A DNA stretch of 64,000 bases from Vampirovibrionales bacterium (GCA_016712355.1 JADJRF010000005.1:2449562-2513561), one strand, 5' to 3'; positions 18,966 to 28,753 are shown, counted from the first letter of the stretch. A program made the numbers and translations. The notes: a model not told the origin generated them from the letters alone.

Positions 18966-19526
18966 ATGGAAACCTTCTTAATCGCCACTGGATTGGTCGC
19001 CCTTGCCGAACTGGGCGATAAAACCCAATTACTCGCCCTCATGCTGGCCGCGCGCTATCGTCAGCCGTTGCCGATTATTCTGGGCATTGCGGCGGCAACG
19101 CTGCTGAATCACGCGCTGGCGGCCTTTGCCGGTCAATGGCTGTCGGGGCTCGTGTCTTATGGGATTTTAAAATGGGGCGTCGGGCTGCTGTTTATCGCGC
19201 TGGGCGTCTGGACGCTGGTCCCAGACAAGCTGGACGATAAGGACGGCGCGGCCAGGCCCGAACGCCATGGCGTGTTTCTCACGACCCTCATCAGCTTTTT
19301 TCTGGTGGAAATGGGTGACAAGACCCAGGTCGCGACCGTTGCGCTGGCTGCGCGCTATGCCAGTTTACCCGCCATCGTCATGGGAACCACGGTCGGCATG
19401 TTGCTCGCCAATGCGCCGGTGGTGTTTGTGGGTCAAAAATTCGCCGATCGGCTGCCGTTGACATGGATTCGCCGGGCCGCAGCGGCGGTATTCATCGCGC
19501 TGGGGCTGTGGAGCATTCTCGCCTAG
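18966..19526 (+). CDS. GDT1/TMEM165 (UPF0016) family cation/H+ antiporter
   Basis: Two E-x-G-D-K-T motifs (ELGDKTQL, EMGDKTQV) in an internally duplicated membrane protein. Confidence 0.8.
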   Translation: METFLIATGLVALAELGDKTQLLALMLAARYRQPLPIILGIAAATLLNHALAAFAGQWLSGLVSYGILKWGVGLLFIALGVWTLVPDKLDDKDGAARPERHGVFLTTLISFFLVEMGDKTQVATVALAARYASLPAIVMGTTVGMLLANAPVVFVGQKFADRLPLTWIRRAAAAVFIALGLWSILA

Positions 19527-19585
19527 GTCGCCGGTTTGATTCGTCTAGCCGAGTTTTTCGGACGTAACCAAGAGGACAAGCGCTT

Positions 19586-20266
19586 GTGATTGACGCCGTC
19601 GTTTCTTTTGTTCAGGGCATGGTGGAAATGGTCTTGGCCTTCGTCCATGGCGGTATCCAGACACTGGGATACGTCGGCGTGGCGCTGATGATGGCCATTG
19701 AGTCGTGCAACATCCCGTTGCCCAGTGAGCTGATTATGCCTTATGCGGGCTATATGGCCCAACAAGGCCACATGAATATCCATCTGGCCGCGCTGGCCGG
19801 AGCGATTGGCTGTGTTGTGGGCTCAGCGCCGTCGTATTGGCTTGGATACGTTGGCGGCAGACCGTTTCTGGAAAAATATGGCAAGTGGCTGCTGCTCACG
19901 CCGCACGATTTAGACAGCGCCGAGCGCTGGGTGTCGCGCTACGGCGACTGGACGTTTTTCATCTGCCGGATGCTGCCGGTGGTGCGCACGTTTATTTCGC
20001 TGCCCGCCGGGGTGCTGAAAGCGCGATTCTGGCCGTTTATCGCCCTGACCTTCGTCGGTTCGCTGGTCTGGTGTTACGCGCTGGCCTACGTGGGCGTGGT
20101 TTTCGGTGAGAATCTGGAGCTGTTTCGCCATTACTGGCATCAGTTTGACGTGGCCATCGTGGCGGTGCTGCTGGCGTTGGGAGGCCTGTACGTGTGGAAG
20201 CACGTACGTCACTTTCAGACATCCTCGCGCCTGAACGCCCCCGCCATCGGCGGCGAGGGATCCTGA
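19586..20266 (+). CDS. DedA/VTT-domain family membrane protein
   Basis: GTG start and a DedA-like core (...GYVGGRPFLEKYGKWL...FFICRMLPVVRTFISLPAG...). Confidence 0.75.
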   Translation: MIDAVVSFVQGMVEMVLAFVHGGIQTLGYVGVALMMAIESCNIPLPSELIMPYAGYMAQQGHMNIHLAALAGAIGCVVGSAPSYWLGYVGGRPFLEKYGKWLLLTPHDLDSAERWVSRYGDWTFFICRMLPVVRTFISLPAGVLKARFWPFIALTFVGSLVWCYALAYVGVVFGENLELFRHYWHQFDVAIVAVLLALGGLYVWKHVRHFQTSSRLNAPAIGGEGS

Positions 20267-20378
20267 GGGAAGATCTTTTGTCGCGCTTTTCTCTCACTCA
20301 AAGGGTAGCGACCTGCCAAATCGCATGCTAAAATAGAGTGTATTACAAGAAAATACAGAATATTCAGAGGGGCGCCGC

Positions 20379-20657
20379 ATGGCAAAAGTCGATAAAGAAA
20401 TCGTTACCTTCCGCTTGAAGAAAGACATGAAGGAGGCTCTGGACGAAGTCGCCGCCTCTATGCAACGAGATAGAAGCTTCGTGCTGTCTGAAGCGGTAAC
20501 GCTTTATCTGGACGTACACCAGTGGCATATTGACGACGCCCGTAAGGGCCTGGAAGAAGCTCAAGCTGGAAAGTTTGCCTCCGAAACAGATGTTAGAGAA
20601 GTATTACGACGCTGGATTACAGATGAAGATACGCTGGACTCAAGGGGCGCTCTTTAA
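20379..20657 (+). CDS. Type II antitoxin (ribbon-helix-helix / ParD-RelB-like)
   Basis: Small acidic protein directly upstream of, and overlapping, a ParE/RelE-like toxin. AT-rich promoter upstream. Confidence 0.55.
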   Translation: MAKVDKEIVTFRLKKDMKEALDEVAASMQRDRSFVLSEAVTLYLDVHQWHIDDARKGLEEAQAGKFASETDVREVLRRWITDEDTLDSRGAL

Positions 20658-20901
20658 TTTAGAACAGGCCGCGGCCTATATCGCTCAAGACAATCCACAA
20701 GCGGCAGCTGCGATCGTAACCGCCATCTGGAAAACCGTCCAAACCCTCCGTACTTTTCCCATGATGGGTAAACCATGGCGATTACCGGATGTGTATTCCG
20801 TCGGCGTCGCCAGAACTCCCTATTCGATTCGCTACCGTCTTACGGAAGAGGGGGTGGAGATTATTCGGGTTCACCATAATTGCCGACGGTGGGAATCCTG
20901 A
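20623..20901 (+). CDS. ParE/RelE-family type II toxin
   Basis: MKIRWTQGALFNLEQAAAYIAQDNPQAAA...YRLTEEGVEIIRVHH is typical of ParE/RelE toxins. ATG at 20623 chosen; ORF 20530 is an extension. Confidence 0.6.
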   Translation: MKIRWTQGALFNLEQAAAYIAQDNPQAAAAIVTAIWKTVQTLRTFPMMGKPWRLPDVYSVGVARTPYSIRYRLTEEGVEIIRVHHNCRRWES

Positions 20902-20963
20902 TAAACAGGCTTGGCAACGCGGACGACGGGCGGGCGTTTTGGGCGTCCTTCTGGTAAGATCGC

Positions 20964-22388
20964 GTGATGCCCAGCCACTCGACAAGCGCCCCTGCTGACG
21001 ATTTACGCCCGACCCTCGGGCTGCCCTCAGCGGCGGCAGTGGTGGCGGGCTCAATGATAGGCTCGGGCATTTTTCTGGTGACGCCTGATGTGGCCCGACA
21101 CACGGGCTCTACCGGCATGACGCTGCTTATCTGGGCGGGTACGGGCGCCTTTACGGCGCTGGGGGCATGGTCCTATGGCAAGCTGGCGGGCGCGTACCCG
21201 GTGGCGGGCGGACAATACGCCTTTTTACGCGAAGCCTGGGGACGGATTCCGGCGTTTTTATATGGCTGGGTGTTTTTCTGGGTGCTGCAAACCGGCACGC
21301 TGGCCGCTGTGGCGGTCGCCTTTGCGCGCTATGCGGGCGTGTTGCTGCCCGCCGTTAACAGCGCGCCCATCGGCCCGCTGGGACTCTCGACGGAAAAACT
21401 CCTGTCGATCGCCTGCCTGGTTGGCCTGACGTTTTATAATACGCGCGGCATTCAGTATGGCGCGGCGCTCCAGAACGTGTTTACCGTATTGAAGACGCTG
21501 GCCCTGCTGGGACTCATCGCATGCGGACTAATGGCAGGCGGCGGGCTGCTATGGCAGAGCGGCGCGCACGACTGGACGCTCGCCCTGCCGCACGCGAGTG
21601 GCGACGGCGCATGGCTGGCCGCGCTGACGACGCTGGCGGCGGCGACCGTCGGGCCGTTGTTTGCGTCCGACTCCTGGAACACCGTGACGTTTATCGGCGC
21701 CGAGGTGAAGAATCCACGCCAGACGCTGCCCAAGGCCTTGGCGCTGGGAACAGGGCTGGTGGTGACGCTGTATTTTCTGGCGAATCTGGCGTACGTCAAT
21801 ACCCTGACGCTGCCGCAAATCCAATCGGCCCCAGACGACAAAGTCGCCGCGCTGATGATGACCACGATTTTCGGCCCGGCGGGCGCGGCGGCCATGGCAG
21901 CGATTATTCTGGTGTCGACGTTTGGTTGCCTGAATGGGATTCTACTCAGCGGGGCGCGCGTGTTTTACGCCATGGCGCGCGACGGGCTGCTGTTTCAGCG
22001 CTTTGCCGCGACGCATCCCACCACGCACAGCCCCAACACGTCGTTGTGGGCGCAATGCGGCTGGGCCTGCGCGCTGGCGCTGAGCGGCACGTACGGGCAA
22101 CTGCTGGGCTATATTATTTTTACGGCGCTGGCTTTTTATGCGCTGACCATCGGCGGGCTGTTCCGTCTGGCGCGTCGCGATACGGGCGCAGCGCACTTTA
22201 CTGGGTTTATGGATAAAGCAATGGCGGGGCTGTATATAGCCGGAGCCTCTGCGCTCGCCCTGTTGCTGCTGGTCAGCCCGGATCAGCGGCAAGCGAGTCT
22301 GGCGGGCATTGGCTTTACTTTGCTGGGACTTCCCGCCTACGCGCTCTGGCGTCGTTTTGCCCACAAAAAAGCCGCTGTGATAGAGTAA
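20964..22388 (+). CDS. APC-superfamily amino acid permease
   Basis: 12-TM transporter with an APC-type N-terminal GxG region (SMIGSGIFL). Confidence 0.8.
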   Translation: MMPSHSTSAPADDLRPTLGLPSAAAVVAGSMIGSGIFLVTPDVARHTGSTGMTLLIWAGTGAFTALGAWSYGKLAGAYPVAGGQYAFLREAWGRIPAFLYGWVFFWVLQTGTLAAVAVAFARYAGVLLPAVNSAPIGPLGLSTEKLLSIACLVGLTFYNTRGIQYGAALQNVFTVLKTLALLGLIACGLMAGGGLLWQSGAHDWTLALPHASGDGAWLAALTTLAAATVGPLFASDSWNTVTFIGAEVKNPRQTLPKALALGTGLVVTLYFLANLAYVNTLTLPQIQSAPDDKVAALMMTTIFGPAGAAAMAAIILVSTFGCLNGILLSGARVFYAMARDGLLFQRFAATHPTTHSPNTSLWAQCGWACALALSGTYGQLLGYIIFTALAFYALTIGGLFRLARRDTGAAHFTGFMDKAMAGLYIAGASALALLLLVSPDQRQASLAGIGFTLLGLPAYALWRRFAHKKAAVIE

Positions 22389-22442
22389 CAGAGCCCGCGT
22401 GACGCGCACGCGCATCCGGGAAAACAGGAGATTGTCAGGTTT

Positions 22443-22802
22443 ATGGCCGTTGCCGTTTCATCGCTGGTACTGTTCTTAATCGCGCTGGGCCTGGTGTTTC
22501 GGCGCAAGCGGCGCGCACACGTGGCGCTGATGCTCAGCGCCTTCGCCCTGGATTTCGGCCTGGTGCTGGCTATCGAACTCAATCGCCATGCGGTGGAGCA
22601 AGCGCTGGGCGGGGTTCACGGCCTGCTGCTGTTTCATATCATCATCTCGACGCTGGTGCTGGCGTTTTACGGCGCGCTCATCGTGTCCGGGATTAACTGG
22701 ATCAAGGGGAAGCCATGGGCCTTTCGCTGGCACCGATGGCTGGCAGCGGTTTTCTTACTGCTGCGCCTGTTGAATTACGTCACCAGTCTGTATATTGGCT
22801 AA
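22443..22802 (+). CDS. Small hypothetical membrane protein (3-4 TM)
   Basis: Hydrophobic ORF in its own intergenic space; no motif recognised. Confidence 0.4.
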   Translation: MAVAVSSLVLFLIALGLVFRRKRRAHVALMLSAFALDFGLVLAIELNRHAVEQALGGVHGLLLFHIIISTLVLAFYGALIVSGINWIKGKPWAFRWHRWLAAVFLLLRLLNYVTSLYIG

Positions 22803-22830
22803 ATATTGGCTAAATTTTAGCGACTAAAAT

Positions 22831-23271
22831 TTAACGTTCCGGGTCCTGCTCGGAGAATCCTGAGCCGCCGCCGCCCTGCGATTCGGTCACGGCGATTTTA
22901 TCGACGCCCGCCATTTGAGCAGCGTCCATGACCGTGGTGGTGGCGTTATGGCTGGATTGCGGATTACTGGCGATAATGACGCCATCCGGCTTTTGGGCTT
23001 TTTCCTGGCGCAGGAGGCTGACCAGCGACTGCTTGTCGGGAATCACGCGCCCGTCAACCGACAGTTGATCGTTGGCGTTCACGTTGACGGTAATGGTCTT
23101 GGGCTGGGTTTTAACCGTCGCATCTGGCCCCAGCGTCGGAACGGCCAGCTTGAGGCCCGGATAGTCGAGCATCGGGGCGACGACCATCATGATAATCAGC
23201 AGCACGAGGAAGATATCCGTTAGCGGGGTGATGTTAATCTCGTTAAAGACGCGTTTGCGGGCGGGGGTCAT
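22831..23271 (-). CDS. exbD: ExbD/TolR biopolymer transport protein (paralog 2)
   Basis: FNEINITPLTDIFLVLLIIMMVVAP ExbD N-terminal TM. The first ~30 codons are nearly identical to the upstream exbD paralog. Confidence 0.8.
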   Translation of the reverse strand: MTPARKRVFNEINITPLTDIFLVLLIIMMVVAPMLDYPGLKLAVPTLGPDATVKTQPKTITVNVNANDQLSVDGRVIPDKQSLVSLLRQEKAQKPDGVIIASNPQSSHNATTTVMDAAQMAGVDKIAVTESQGGGGSGFSEQDPER

Positions 23272-23768
23272 TAGAAGGCGTCTCCCTGCGCTTGCGGTTT
23301 AAAGGGATCGTCGGCGCGAAGCTTTTGCCCGGCGATGATCACCTTCTGGAAATGAGCGTCGCGGGCGGCTTCAAACACCTTCAGTACGGCGCCGCTGCGG
23401 GCCTGCTTGTCGGCGCGCACCACGACCACGCGGGTGGAGAGCTCTTTTGACGCGCTGCCAGCCGCCGCGCCCGCCGCTGCGGATTTCAGCGGGACAGCTT
23501 TTTCCAGCGCCTCGCTGAGAGAGGCCACGGGCACGGATTTGCCATTGAGAAAATATTCGCCGGACTTGCTGACTTCCACCGCGATTTTGGATTGATCGAC
23601 GGGTTGTCCGCCCTGTACGGATGGCGGCTTGATATCGCCTCGAAGCGACTGCATCATGGGCGCGACGACCATCATGATAATCAGCAGCACGAGGAAGATA
23701 TCCGTCAGCGGCGTGATGTTAATCTCGTTAAAGACCTGACGCCGTGCGTCAGAGGCGGTCGCGTTCAT
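23271..23768 (-). CDS. exbD: ExbD/TolR biopolymer transport protein (paralog 1)
   Basis: Same N-terminal ExbD signature; stop/start is coupled to the downstream paralog. Confidence 0.8.
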   Translation of the reverse strand: MNATASDARRQVFNEINITPLTDIFLVLLIIMMVVAPMMQSLRGDIKPPSVQGGQPVDQSKIAVEVSKSGEYFLNGKSVPVASLSEALEKAVPLKSAAAGAAAGSASKELSTRVVVVRADKQARSGAVLKVFEAARDAHFQKVIIAGQKLRADDPFKPQAQGDAF

Positions 23769-23835
23769 AGGGCGCTCGTTTCCTGTCTGTCCAAAATCTG
23801 CGGCTTCTTGGGCCGAGCGGGGTTTTTATGCCCCC

Positions 23836-24513
23836 TTAAACCGTCCGGTAACCGCCGCCGCCAGCGCCGGCAGAGGCCCGCACGTCACCCTGCTGGGCAT
23901 CCATAAAGCTCAGGAAGAGCAGCTTGAGCAGTTGGAAGTCATCTTCGTAACGATTCACGGTCGATTGGAACCAGTTATTGAGCGCAACGGCGGAAATGGC
24001 GACAAACAAGCCGAGGGCCGTCGCGATCAGGGCCGAGCCAATCCCGAACATGACCTGAGGGGCGGCGTTGGCGGATTGCGACTGCGCCAGCTCGCCGAAC
24101 GTCAGCAGAATCCGCACGACGGTGGCAAACAGACCGAGATAGGGCGAGACCGTGGCGATCGTGCCAATAATCGAGAGCCGCGATTCCAGCTTGCGGCGCG
24201 CCAGCGAGGCGGTGATGTCGAATGCGCGGTCAAAGCTTTCTTTCTGCTCGGACAGAATGCGGATGCCTTCTTCGGCGACTTCGCCGACCACGCCGCCGAG
24301 CTGGCTGCTGATGACTTGCGCGTTATCCAGACTGCCGCGATTCATTTCGCGTTGCAGGCGGTGGATGAACTGCACGACGTCGCGCTTGTTGCGGTTGTAG
24401 AAGATGATGCGGTCGACGGCGGCGGCGACCAGCAGAATCGAGCAGATGAAGATGGGGATCAGGACGGCCCAATCGTTCTGGATCGCGTATAGGAAGACGT
24501 TTTGGCTTTCCAT
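23836..24513 (-). CDS. exbB: ExbB/TolQ/MotA-family proton channel
   Basis: Three TM segments with conserved ...LGLFATVVRILLTF... Confidence 0.85.
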   Translation of the reverse strand: MESQNVFLYAIQNDWAVLIPIFICSILLVAAAVDRIIFYNRNKRDVVQFIHRLQREMNRGSLDNAQVISSQLGGVVGEVAEEGIRILSEQKESFDRAFDITASLARRKLESRLSIIGTIATVSPYLGLFATVVRILLTFGELAQSQSANAAPQVMFGIGSALIATALGLFVAISAVALNNWFQSTVNRYEDDFQLLKLLFLSFMDAQQGDVRASAGAGGGGYRTV

Positions 24514-24540
24514 GAGAAACTCCTGTGACAGGGGGAACGG

Positions 24541-25599
24541 TTATGGACGTCGGCTGTCGCCGAAGACAGTATAGTCAAAGGTAAACAGGATGGGAACAGT
24601 TTCGCCCGTATAGGCGGCAGGCAAGGGCTCGAAGGGAGCGGAAACGCGCACGGCGTTCATGGCGGCTTCATCTGAGCGGGGTTCGCCCGAGGATTGGTCG
24701 ACCTGCATGGCCTTGACCGAGCCGTCGCGCGCGACCTCCACCAGCAGCGTCACCTTGCGGCGGCGCTCGCCGCGCGGCGGAACCCAGTTACGCGACAGAC
24801 GCCGTTTGAAAACGCCCATCCACGGACCGAAATCGGACGCCTGGATGGCGACGCCCTCTTGCGCAGACGGCCCTTCTTCTCCCACGACCCGGCGATCGGC
24901 GCTGGCGGGAGCGTCTGAAGCGGCGGCGGCGGGGGGCTGTGCAGACGGCAGACTCGCGGCGTCCACGGCATTGACAGCGGGATCCGTGAGGCTGGTCATC
25001 AGCACCGGGCCTTCCGGCGTAATGGGCTTGGGCGGATCGGGTTTAGCCAGGGCGATGGCGGCCGGTTGTGGCGGGGGCGGATTTTTCGCGGAAACCGGCT
25101 GGGGCGTCGGCGGCGCAGCCGCAGACTGGGGCGGGGGCTTGGGCGCAGGCTGAACAGGCGGCGCCGGTTGCGGCGGCGGCGCGTGAAGCGTCTGCTTCGA
25201 GGCGTTTTCCGGCGGTTGCGGCTGTTTGCGCGCATGACGGGGATTGCCCGCCTGTTGATTTTTCTCGCCGAAAAAGGACGCCTTGCGCGGCGCTTCTTGC
25301 GAAGGGGTTTGCGCCAGCGTGAATTCCATTGCGCGCTCGGGCGGCGTGCGCCACTGCGCCGACAGTAACGGCGCCAGCGCCAGCATGAGCGTCAGCGCGG
25401 CGTGAATCGCTGCGGAAAGGCCTAAGGCGCGCTTAAATGGCGTTGACTGCAAACTTTTAGCAGCCATCAGGCGCGTAGGACCGATCACCGAACGACTCGC
25501 CGCAGGACGCGCCGGGCGAGGCGACGAGGAGATGACAAAAAGAGCAGGTTTCGGCACGTCGGGCGGGGCTCCGCAGGCAGGCGAAAAGCGGAAAAGCAT
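24541..25599 (-). CDS. tonB: TonB-like energy transducer (Pro-rich linker plus C-terminal TonB domain)
   Basis: N-terminal TM, long PxP-rich region (PPPQPAPPVQPAPKPPPQ...) and C-terminal beta-rich domain. It lies immediately upstream of exbB-exbD-exbD. Confidence 0.65.
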   Translation of the reverse strand: MLFRFSPACGAPPDVPKPALFVISSSPRPARPAASRSVIGPTRLMAAKSLQSTPFKRALGLSAAIHAALTLMLALAPLLSAQWRTPPERAMEFTLAQTPSQEAPRKASFFGEKNQQAGNPRHARKQPQPPENASKQTLHAPPPQPAPPVQPAPKPPPQSAAAPPTPQPVSAKNPPPPQPAAIALAKPDPPKPITPEGPVLMTSLTDPAVNAVDAASLPSAQPPAAAASDAPASADRRVVGEEGPSAQEGVAIQASDFGPWMGVFKRRLSRNWVPPRGERRRKVTLLVEVARDGSVKAMQVDQSSGEPRSDEAAMNAVRVSAPFEPLPAAYTGETVPILFTFDYTVFGDSRRP

Positions 25600-25736
25600 C
25601 GGGCGCAGCGCCTCTAAAAGCGCAGGGCGGCGCGCGAAAGGAAATGCATCGCGGGCATGGATTCCTTATTATACGCGTAACACGGCAAACGGCGCCGTCG
25701 TCTGTTAAAAGGAAGTCAAATCGCGCAGAAAGTTCC

Positions 25737-25776
25737 GCAAACCCACGCAAACCCGCGCGAACCCGCGAAAACCCGT
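25737..25776. repeat. Four tandem 10-bp repeats in the tonB / acyltransferase divergent intergenic region
   Basis: gcaaacccac / gcaaacccgc / gcgaacccgc / gaaaacccgt, helically phased (10 bp). Confidence 0.7.
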
Positions 25777-25820
25777 AAGTCACGCGAACACGCCTCGGGG
25801 CTCGTTATAAAATAAACAGG

Positions 25821-27116
25821 ATGAAAGCCAAAGCCGCCTTTCGCCCGCCTGTTGAAAACCCGTTGATCGAGTCGCTGACGCGCGCCTGCGTCCCGCTGCT
25901 GCTGAAAGGGATGTTCCACGACCTGCGCGTGACGTTTCGCCCTGACGATCTGCGCCGCCTCGGCGAGTTGCGCGGCGAGCGGATGCTGCTACTGCCGAAT
26001 CATCCCAGCACAGAAGACCCCATTACGATGTTTGAACTGGCTCGCCAACTGGGAGAGCCGATGCATTACGTCGCCGCGCGCGAGGTGTTTGACTTCGATC
26101 ATGGGGTGCGGGGATGGCTGTTTCAGCGCTGCGGCGTGTATTCGGTGATTCGCGGCGCGCCGGATCGCGAGTCATTCCGAATGACGCGCCAGATTCTGAC
26201 GCGTGGGTCGCGGCGGCTGGTGATATTTGTCGAAGGGGAAATCTCGTATCGCAATGATATCCTGATTCCGTTTCAGCAAGGCGTGCTGCAACTGGCGCTG
26301 TCGGCGCAGGAAGACGTCTGCGAGCAATTTGAAAGCGCGCCGCCGGTGTACGTCGCGCCGGTCGCCATTCGGTATTTTTACGCGCCGGGCGTGGAAGCGG
26401 CCATGCGTCAGAGCGTCGAACGCCTCGAAGAGGCGCTGGGCCTGGAAACCCCTGACTCCGAAGTGTCAGGATCAGATGCTTTCGGGGACTCGTCTGCTGC
26501 TTGTGGCGAAGCGTCCACCGGTCTGTTCCGGCGTATTGTGGCCATCGGCGAGCGGATCGTGGGGATGCAGGAAGCGCTTATGCGCCTGTCCGGTGAAGGC
26601 AAGACCATGAACGAGCGCGTGTCGCAGCTCAAAAACAAGCTGCTCGCCAAGATGGAGCATTACCTTGAGCTTGAAACGCCTTCTGGCGAGAACCCGCTGG
26701 ATCGCGTGCGCGCCATTCGCAACCGCATGGACAAGGTTCTATACGCCTATGACGACCCCGACGGCCTGTGCGCTTACGAACGCGAGGGGATTCAGGGCCG
26801 CAGCCGCGCTTTCGCCGAATTTTACGACGATCTCGATCGCGTGGTGAACTTCATGACGTACAAAGAAGAAGACTTCACGGCTAAGTCGCCGTCAGAACGC
26901 TTTGTTGAGATGATCTACCGGCTGGAGAAAGAAGTCTTCGGCGAGCGTCGGCTGAGTCATCCGCGCACCGCAGCGATTCAGATCGGCGAATGCGAAGATC
27001 TGCGCGCGCGCATGCCGCAGTGGCAAGCCTCTCGCAAGCAGGCCGTCGCCGACCTCTGTCGCTCGCTGGAAGCCGACATGCGCGCCTTACTCCAAACCGC
27101 CCAACCGCCGGGTTAG
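25821..27116 (+). CDS. Lysophospholipid acyltransferase (PlsC/LPLAT) family protein with C-terminal extension
   Basis: H(x)4D catalytic motif (LLPNHPSTEDP) and FVEGEISYRND acyl-acceptor pocket block. Confidence 0.65.
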   Translation: MKAKAAFRPPVENPLIESLTRACVPLLLKGMFHDLRVTFRPDDLRRLGELRGERMLLLPNHPSTEDPITMFELARQLGEPMHYVAAREVFDFDHGVRGWLFQRCGVYSVIRGAPDRESFRMTRQILTRGSRRLVIFVEGEISYRNDILIPFQQGVLQLALSAQEDVCEQFESAPPVYVAPVAIRYFYAPGVEAAMRQSVERLEEALGLETPDSEVSGSDAFGDSSAACGEASTGLFRRIVAIGERIVGMQEALMRLSGEGKTMNERVSQLKNKLLAKMEHYLELETPSGENPLDRVRAIRNRMDKVLYAYDDPDGLCAYEREGIQGRSRAFAEFYDDLDRVVNFMTYKEEDFTAKSPSERFVEMIYRLEKEVFGERRLSHPRTAAIQIGECEDLRARMPQWQASRKQAVADLCRSLEADMRALLQTAQPPG

Positions 27117-27552
27117 GGGGACGGCTTTTCTGCTTTACGCCAGCAGACCATTTTGAGAGCTTTTGAAAGTAGCCTGCTTGGCGTTATCGTGATGAGTCGG
27201 TCATCAACGGTCTTCTGAATACCCAGGCAAACGGTTGACGGGCCTTTGTCATGAGGGGTGTTATTTCCCCCCAGAACCGTCACTAAGCCGGGCGCATCAG
27301 GCTTGTGCGCGAGTTCTTCAGCAAGACGATCGCTTAGAACCAGCAAGCCGGCTTGGTGTTGAATGGGAGTGATTTCTTTCAGATAATCGACAGACACAAT
27401 AGGGGGGGGAGATGGCTGTCTCGAGCTCGAAGAAGAGGGAGGCGGTATCTTCATTGCGGTTTAGGGCTCCTAAAAGAGTAGGCTATCCAGAGGCCTCTCG
27501 TTGAGAGGCGCACGATCCATCAAGGCCGCGAGCGGCGGGAAATTGCGCGGCC

Positions 27553-28287
27553 TTAGGTTCCAAGCCACTCCAAGCCGCCGGGCAAGGCGTCGGGGGAGAA
27601 TTCGAGGTGCAAAATACGCCGGTGATGCGGCGATCCGCCGGAAGCCGACGCATGCAGCACGAGCGGACGCATCGCCAGAATATCGCCGCGCTGGGCGACG
27701 CACAGCACGGGAGCAGTCTCGGCGATAACGGCGCGGGTCTGCTCGTCGGACAGGCGTCCCGCGCGATGAGAACCGGGAATCAGGCGAAGCGCGCCATTAT
27801 CGGCGTCGGCGGCGTCCAAATGAATGCGCAGGGTCAGCATGCGGCGCAGAATCTCGACAGGCGGCTGCACGGACGCGCCCCATGAACGGATGCGCCAGTT
27901 CTCAAAACCGGCGCACTCGCGGCGATGCCGCACGTTAATGGTTAAATCCTGATGCCACGGGACTTTCCAATTAGATTGCGGCGTTTTATCAAAGAGAATC
28001 GCCCGGACAATGGGCGGGGGATCTCCAAACACTGGCGTTAAAGAGGCATGAATCGACGGCCGTTCGAGCCAGCGCCGCAACTCGGGCAGGGCCTTCAGCA
28101 GGTTTCGCTCGGCAAACCCGCGGCGGACGACATCGCCCCCTTGATTCGGGCGCGTTGGCCGTGTGAGCATCGACAGCAACGCGTCCGTCTCGCCCACGTC
28201 GAGCGCCGCAGGACGCAAGGTGAATCCGTCGCGGTCCAGCGCGGCGCGACAGGCGTGGGCATCGCCGAGCGCAATCGGGCTTATCAT
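27553..28287 (-). CDS. Phytanoyl-CoA dioxygenase (PhyH) family Fe(II)/2-oxoglutarate dioxygenase
   Basis: PhyH-like blocks ...WHQDLT... and ...LRLIPGSHR... Start trimmed to the internal ATG (MISPIALG) that overlaps the upstream gene's stop. Confidence 0.6.
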   Translation of the reverse strand: MISPIALGDAHACRAALDRDGFTLRPAALDVGETDALLSMLTRPTRPNQGGDVVRRGFAERNLLKALPELRRWLERPSIHASLTPVFGDPPPIVRAILFDKTPQSNWKVPWHQDLTINVRHRRECAGFENWRIRSWGASVQPPVEILRRMLTLRIHLDAADADNGALRLIPGSHRAGRLSDEQTRAVIAETAPVLCVAQRGDILAMRPLVLHASASGGSPHHRRILHLEFSPDALPGGLEWLGT

Positions 28288-28571
28288 GGCGGATTCAGCG
28301 CCTTGCGTTCGGCGGTCCACTGGCTCCAGTGGGTTTTTTCACCCGTTTGCGCTTCGTGGATCGCCGCGCGAAAGACGTCGCGCACGCACGGATCATGACG
28401 CGCGCCCGTCAGGCTAGCCAGACGCCGGTAGAGATCATCGGCGTCGCACGCCGCCAACGCCGCGATGGTCTCGATGCCCAGCACGCTGAAATCGCGCAAG
28501 GCCGCCGGGCCGATGTTGGCAAGAGACCCAAGGCCGCTGGCGGGTTTTCGAGAGGCAGGACGTCGACTCAT
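28284..28571 (-). CDS. TfoX C-terminal-domain (helix-hairpin-helix) protein
   Basis: LGSLANIGPAALRDFSVLGIETIAALAACDADDLYRRL matches the TfoX_C / competence-associated HhH pattern. Confidence 0.5.
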   Translation of the reverse strand: MSRRPASRKPASGLGSLANIGPAALRDFSVLGIETIAALAACDADDLYRRLASLTGARHDPCVRDVFRAAIHEAQTGEKTHWSQWTAERKALNPP

Positions 28572-28680
28572 CTCGCAGAGGTTTTCTCAGGAAAAGCGCC
28601 CATTTGCGGCAGCCACACAAAACGAAAGCCGCCGAATAGCGCGTTCCACAGGAGGGGCCACCCTGAAAATGGCTAAAAAC

Positions 28681-28753
28681 TGGGCGTTGACGGGCTCGAA
28701 CCGCCGACATCTTCCGTGTAAAGGAAGCGCTCTACCAACTGAGCTAAACGCCC
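28681..28753 (-). tRNA. tRNA-Val (anticodon TAC)
   Basis: Reverse complement gggcgtttagctcagttggtagagcgcttcctttacacggaagatgtcggcggttcgagcccgtcaacgccca folds as a cloverleaf: 7-bp acceptor, D-arm agctcagttggtagagc, anticodon stem cttcc/ggaag with loop tttacac, T-arm ggttcgagccc. Confidence 0.85.
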
